Of a stretch of DNA of 32,000 nucleotides, positions 28,867 to 32,000 are shown in pieces. Origin of the DNA: Micromonas pusilla (taxonomy: Eukaryota); assembly GCA_000151265.1 (NCBI GenBank), contig GG663750.1:124195-156194 (forward strand), read 5' to 3'. The position numbers were made by a program, and so were the translations under genes. The first letter of the stretch is position 1. Each line of letters begins with the position of its first letter. Below the pieces are notes generated by a model. The model saw nothing but the letters and a program-made list of their open reading frames with translations, searched no databases and was not told where the DNA came from.

Positions 28867-30742
28867 ATGATCGCGATACGCTCGGCGCCGACGTCCGTGC
28901 CGCGCGCGCCGAGCGCGCCGCGCGCGCGCGGCTCGCCCGGACGCGCGACAACGCGCGCGAACGCGAGCGCGCGACGACGCGCCGTCGTCGTCCCTCCTTC
29001 CGCCTCGTCGTCGCGAAGCGTCGCCGCCGCGTCGGCGTCGGCGTCGACGGCGACGGCGAGCGCGACGTACGAGCTGCGCCCCGACGCCGTCCCGTCGACG
29101 CAGCGCGCGTCGTCCTCCTCCGCGGCGCCGCCCGAGCTCGTCCTCTACCGCGACACGAACGCGTGGTGCCCGTTCTGCGAGCGCGTCTGGCTCGCGCTCG
29201 AGGCGAAGGGGGTGTCGTACACGTGCGAGTTCGTGGACCTAAGGCGCGTTCACGTTTCGCTTTCGTTTCGTTTTTCACCCGTCGCTCGGGGTCAACGTTC
29301 GATCGCGTCCCCTTTCAACTGACCGACGAACGAACGTTTTTTGTACGGACATCAGAAATAAGCCCAAGTGGTTCACGGACTTGGTGCCCACAGGGCTCGT
29401 CCCCGCCGCGCGGTTCGCGGCGGACGACGCGCTGGTGTGGGAGTCTATGGACATCCTTCGCGAGCTCGAGACGCGGTTCCCGGACGCGCCCGCGCTGACG
29501 CCGGCGGACGAGGACGGCGCGGCGAAGATGGAGGCGTTCATCGCGCGCGAAGTCGAAGGCGCGTTCTATCTCACACTGGTTCCCATACGACCGCGTCGGC
29601 GTGGTGAACGCCGATCCTTAAGGACTTTACTTCCCGGCGATTCTCTCCGCCTAGGGTCCCACGCGTTCAATCCCCGCCCGCGACGCCTTTCAACTTCAAC
29701 TGACGCCTTTCAACTCCACCCTGACGTCCGCTCGTATGTAACGGCCCCAAGCCGACGACGCCGTCGTCGCGGTCGGGTACAAGTACCTCACCGGAGGCGG
29801 CTTCGGCGCCGCGAAGGACCCGGAAGATCTGCCGAAACTCCGAGCCGAACTCGAGGTCGCGGTCGCGCGAGCGAAACCGCACTTCGCGAACGGTTTCATC
29901 GTCGGCGACGCGATGACCACCGCGGACGTTCTCGTCGCGCCCGCGCTCGAACGACTCGCCGCGAATTTGCTCACGTTTCGCGGCTACGATCTCCGGTGCG
30001 TTCTATCTTACACTGGTCCCCGTACGAGCGCGTCGGCGATGTGAACGCCGATCCTTAAGGGCTTTCTCTCCCGGCGCATCTCTCCGCCCACACCTCGCTT
30101 TCAATCCCGACACACCTCGGCGCCTTTCAACTCCATCTGACGCCTTTCAACTCCACCCCGACGTCGCTTCGTAGAGCGGAGTTCGAGCCGTGGTTCCTCG
30201 CGATGGAGGCGACGCCGGCGTACCGCGCGGTGATGGGCGATCCGGAGACGCACAACACGGTCGTGCGGCAGCTGTTCGGGCTGAGCAACGGCGAGGCGTC
30301 GCTCCCGCCGCCGCCGGCGTCGGTGCCGGAGACGCCGACCGGCGCGAAGGAGGCTGGGACGTGTCTATCGAACAACATGGACGCCGTCGTCGCGGACGCG
30401 TTGAAAAACTCGGGCGTGGACGCCGACGCCGACGACGCGGAGGCGATCGTGCGGACGTACTTGGAGACGCTCGCGGCGAGTCTTCTCGCGGACGGCGACG
30501 GCGACGGCGTCGCCGCGGCTCGACCGATCGCGCCGCATCCTCGGCCGTCGATGGCTGCGCTCAAATCGATGGACGACGACGCCGCCGCGAACGCGGTGAA
30601 GAAAGCCGCGAGAGCGCGCGCGATGGGCGCGGCGACGCTCGCGTTCGTGCGGAACCGCGTGAGCGCGCCGAGGGACATGAGCGCGCACGCCGCGGTGGCG
30701 TTCCGCGCCGCCGCGGACGCGTTCCTGACGAGCGTGTATTAG
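28867..30742 (+). CDS. GST-superfamily protein with a thioredoxin-fold N-domain carrying a CPFC motif (DHAR/lambda-like) and a long Ala/Asp-rich C-terminal extension
   Basis: join(28867..29243,29356..29558,29752..29995,30175..30742). Spliced sequence reads ...ELVLYRDTNAWCPFCERVWLALEAKGVSYTCEFVDL-R-NKPKWFTDLVPTGLVPAARFAADDALVWESMDILRELETRFPD...AREVE-A-DDAVVAVGYKYLTGGGF...FIVGDAMTTADVLVAPALERLAANLLTFRGYDL-R-AEFEPWFLAMEATPAYRAV. All exon phases check. Confidence 0.75.
29244..29355 (+). mobile_element. Introner element mosaic: IE-type GC head plus type S body; intron 1 of the GST-like gene
   Basis: 112 nt, phase 2. Sequence CTAAG|GCGCGTTCACGTTTCGCTTTCGTTTCGTTTTTCACCCGTCGCTCGGGGTCAACGTTCGATCGCGTCCCCTTTCAACTGACCGACGAACGAACG...GGACATCAG|A. 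Confidence 0.85.
29559..29751 (+). mobile_element. Introner element type A; intron 2 of the GST-like gene
   Basis: 193 nt, phase 1. Donor GTCGAAG|GCGCGTTCTATCTCACACTGGTTCCCATACGACC, acceptor ...CGCTCGTATGTAACGGCCCCAAG|CC. Confidence 0.9.
29996..30174 (+). mobile_element. Introner element type A with a short-form 3' end; intron 3 of the GST-like gene
   Basis: 179 nt, phase 2. Donor CTCCG|GTGCGTTCTATCTTACACTGGTCCCCGTACGAGC, acceptor ...CACCCCGACGTCGCTTCGTAG|A. Confidence 0.9.
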
Positions 30743-30812
30743 ACGACAGACTGATCGGAAGAGATGCGTACAGTAGGATAAAAAAAATTCGAGTTCGCTC
30801 GTTCGCTCGTCG

Positions 30813-31554
30813 TCACGCGTCTTCCGCGACGCCCGCGGCGGCGTCGCGCCTCCCGCGGACGACGCCTTTCACGCTCGCCCGCCGCGTCGCTCGGCGTCGC
30901 ACCGTTCGCTGCGTCTCCACCGCCTCGCGCGCTTCCGCGGCGCCGTCCGACCCCGTCCGCGCGGAGGTTGAGGTTCGCTTCGCCGCCCCCGCCGCCGCCG
31001 CCGCCGCCGCCGCGTCGCCGAGTAAGACCCCCTCCACGCGCAGCCCCAAACCGACGCTCAGCGCCTGCATGTCCGCGGGCATGTCGACCGCCAGTCGCAT
31101 CGTGTTTTTCGTCCGCGGGTGCTTCACCGCGAGGTTCCACGCGTGAAGCGCCATGCGGCCTTCGAACCCGCCCGACGCGGGACGCAACGCGTCGTCGTAC
31201 TTTTCGACGCCGACGCTCAAACTTTTCGCGTCGAAGAACAGCCTCCGCCTCGCGGCAGCCTCCCTCGCCTCTTTCCCGATTCTATCAGAGATTCCCGCCG
31301 CGTCTTCGTCTTCGCCGCCTTCGCCTTCGCCGCCTTCGCCCGCCGACGCGACGGTTCGAGACGCCGACCGTCGCGTCTTTTCGCGTTCCACCGCCGCCAG
31401 CGCGTCCTCCACCGTCACGCCGTACAACGCGTCGCCGACGATGGGCAGCCCCGCGTGCGCGAGATGCAACCGCACTTGATGCGTCCGCCCCGTCAGCGGC
31501 CGCGCGAGCACGAGCGCGGTGCCGACGATTCGCTTCCCCGTGAACTTCCCACCG

Positions 31555-31588
<34 letters not shown>

Positions 31589-32000
31589 ACGATTCGTATT
31601 CGTATTCTTCCTCGTCCGGACTTCGCGAAGGGGGCCTCCCGACGGCGCGCGACAGGATCTGGTACTCTGTGCTCGCGGGCTTCCCGTCCGGCGTCACCGC
31701 GCGTATGCACCGCCCGCCGTCGTCGTTCTCGCCGTCGATGTCCGGCTCGCGCGCCGCGTCGCCGATCGCGGCGTCGACGACGCGCACCTCCCCGGGACGG
31801 TGTCTCTCGAAATCGAAATCGTCGTCCGACTCGTCCGACGCGTTCGCCGCGTCTTCCAGTATCGCGCACACGGCGAGGTACGTCTTCCGCGCTTCCCTTC
31901 GCTCGAACGCGCCCTGCAGCGCGCTCGCGGAGGGCTTATCCTTCGCGAGCATCAAAACCCCGCTGGTCTCGAGGTCGAGCCTGTGCACCGCGATCGGTTC
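30813..32000 (-). CDS. RluA-family RNA pseudouridine synthase; the 5' end lies beyond the right edge
   Basis: Track ORF 30813..31988. Its frame stays open to 32000 (EPIAVHRLDLETSG). Motifs HRLD..TSG and LTGRTHQVRLHLAHAGLPIVGDALYG are RluA-family hallmarks. No intron or IE seen. Confidence 0.85.

Noticed and set aside
27613-29322. 569-aa plus-strand ORF antisense to dCMP deaminase
   Set aside because: The part up to 28866 is an Arg-rich mirror frame of the deaminase gene. Only 28867..29243 is real, as exon 1 of the GST-like gene. The tail is introner read-through.
2493-30174. A regularly recurring ~190-nt repeat considered as a possible CRISPR-like array, satellite, or prokaryotic REP/MITE system
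   Set aside because: Copies occur on both strands according to host gene orientation. They are separated by 0.2-3 kb of unrelated coding sequence, begin with splice donors and end with AG acceptors, and lie in spliceosomal-intron-containing eukaryotic genes. No cas-like genes or short uniform spacers are present.

Overview
Visibly GC-rich, very gene-dense eukaryotic nuclear DNA. I count 16 protein-coding genes plus one tRNA-Gly in 32 kb, with strongly GC3-biased codons, short spliceosomal introns and head-to-head or tail-to-tail gene spacing of 70-700 bp. About 27 copies or fragments of a short interspersed element dominate the window. The core reads ...CACTGGTCCCCATACGACCGCGTCGGCGTGGTGAACGCCGATCCTTAAGGAC...GACGCCTTTCAACTCCA...GTATGGAACGGCCCTCAG. 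Every copy inside a gene lies in the sense orientation and coincides with an intron: removing it restores reading frame and, in the homologous genes, conserved protein sequence. This is the signature of the introner elements (IEs) described in Micromonas pusilla CCMP1545, so the window most likely comes from that genome or a very close relative. That attribution is from recall, not from a search. Twelve of the 16 genes carry IEs. IE-bearing genes include PFK2/FBPase2, Whirly, a carotenoid cleavage dioxygenase, an SLC35-type transporter, an ankyrin protein, a RING+PHD protein, a BELL-like TALE homeobox gene, an EBP/EXPERA-like protein, a fused 2-oxoacid dehydrogenase E1 alpha-beta gene, a CP12-like gene and a GST-like gene. 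The IE-free genes are an ARF-GEF N-terminus, a triple zinc-ribbon gene, dCMP deaminase and a RluA-type pseudouridine synthase. Points worth a second look: most long IEs use GC rather than GT donors; intron 3' ends match the upstream exon end copy by copy, including 12-nt and 22-nt flanking direct repeats at two 3'-truncated copies; element heads and tails appear in mosaic combinations; one intron is built from two elements in tandem; two antisense orphan copies sit upstream of start codons; and one copy is stop-free and in frame. Exon and intron coordinates were derived by hand and anchored on the supplied ORF track. Many long ORFs in that track are GC-driven or IE read-through artefacts. Family labels A, B, C, D and S are ad hoc, not published nomenclature.
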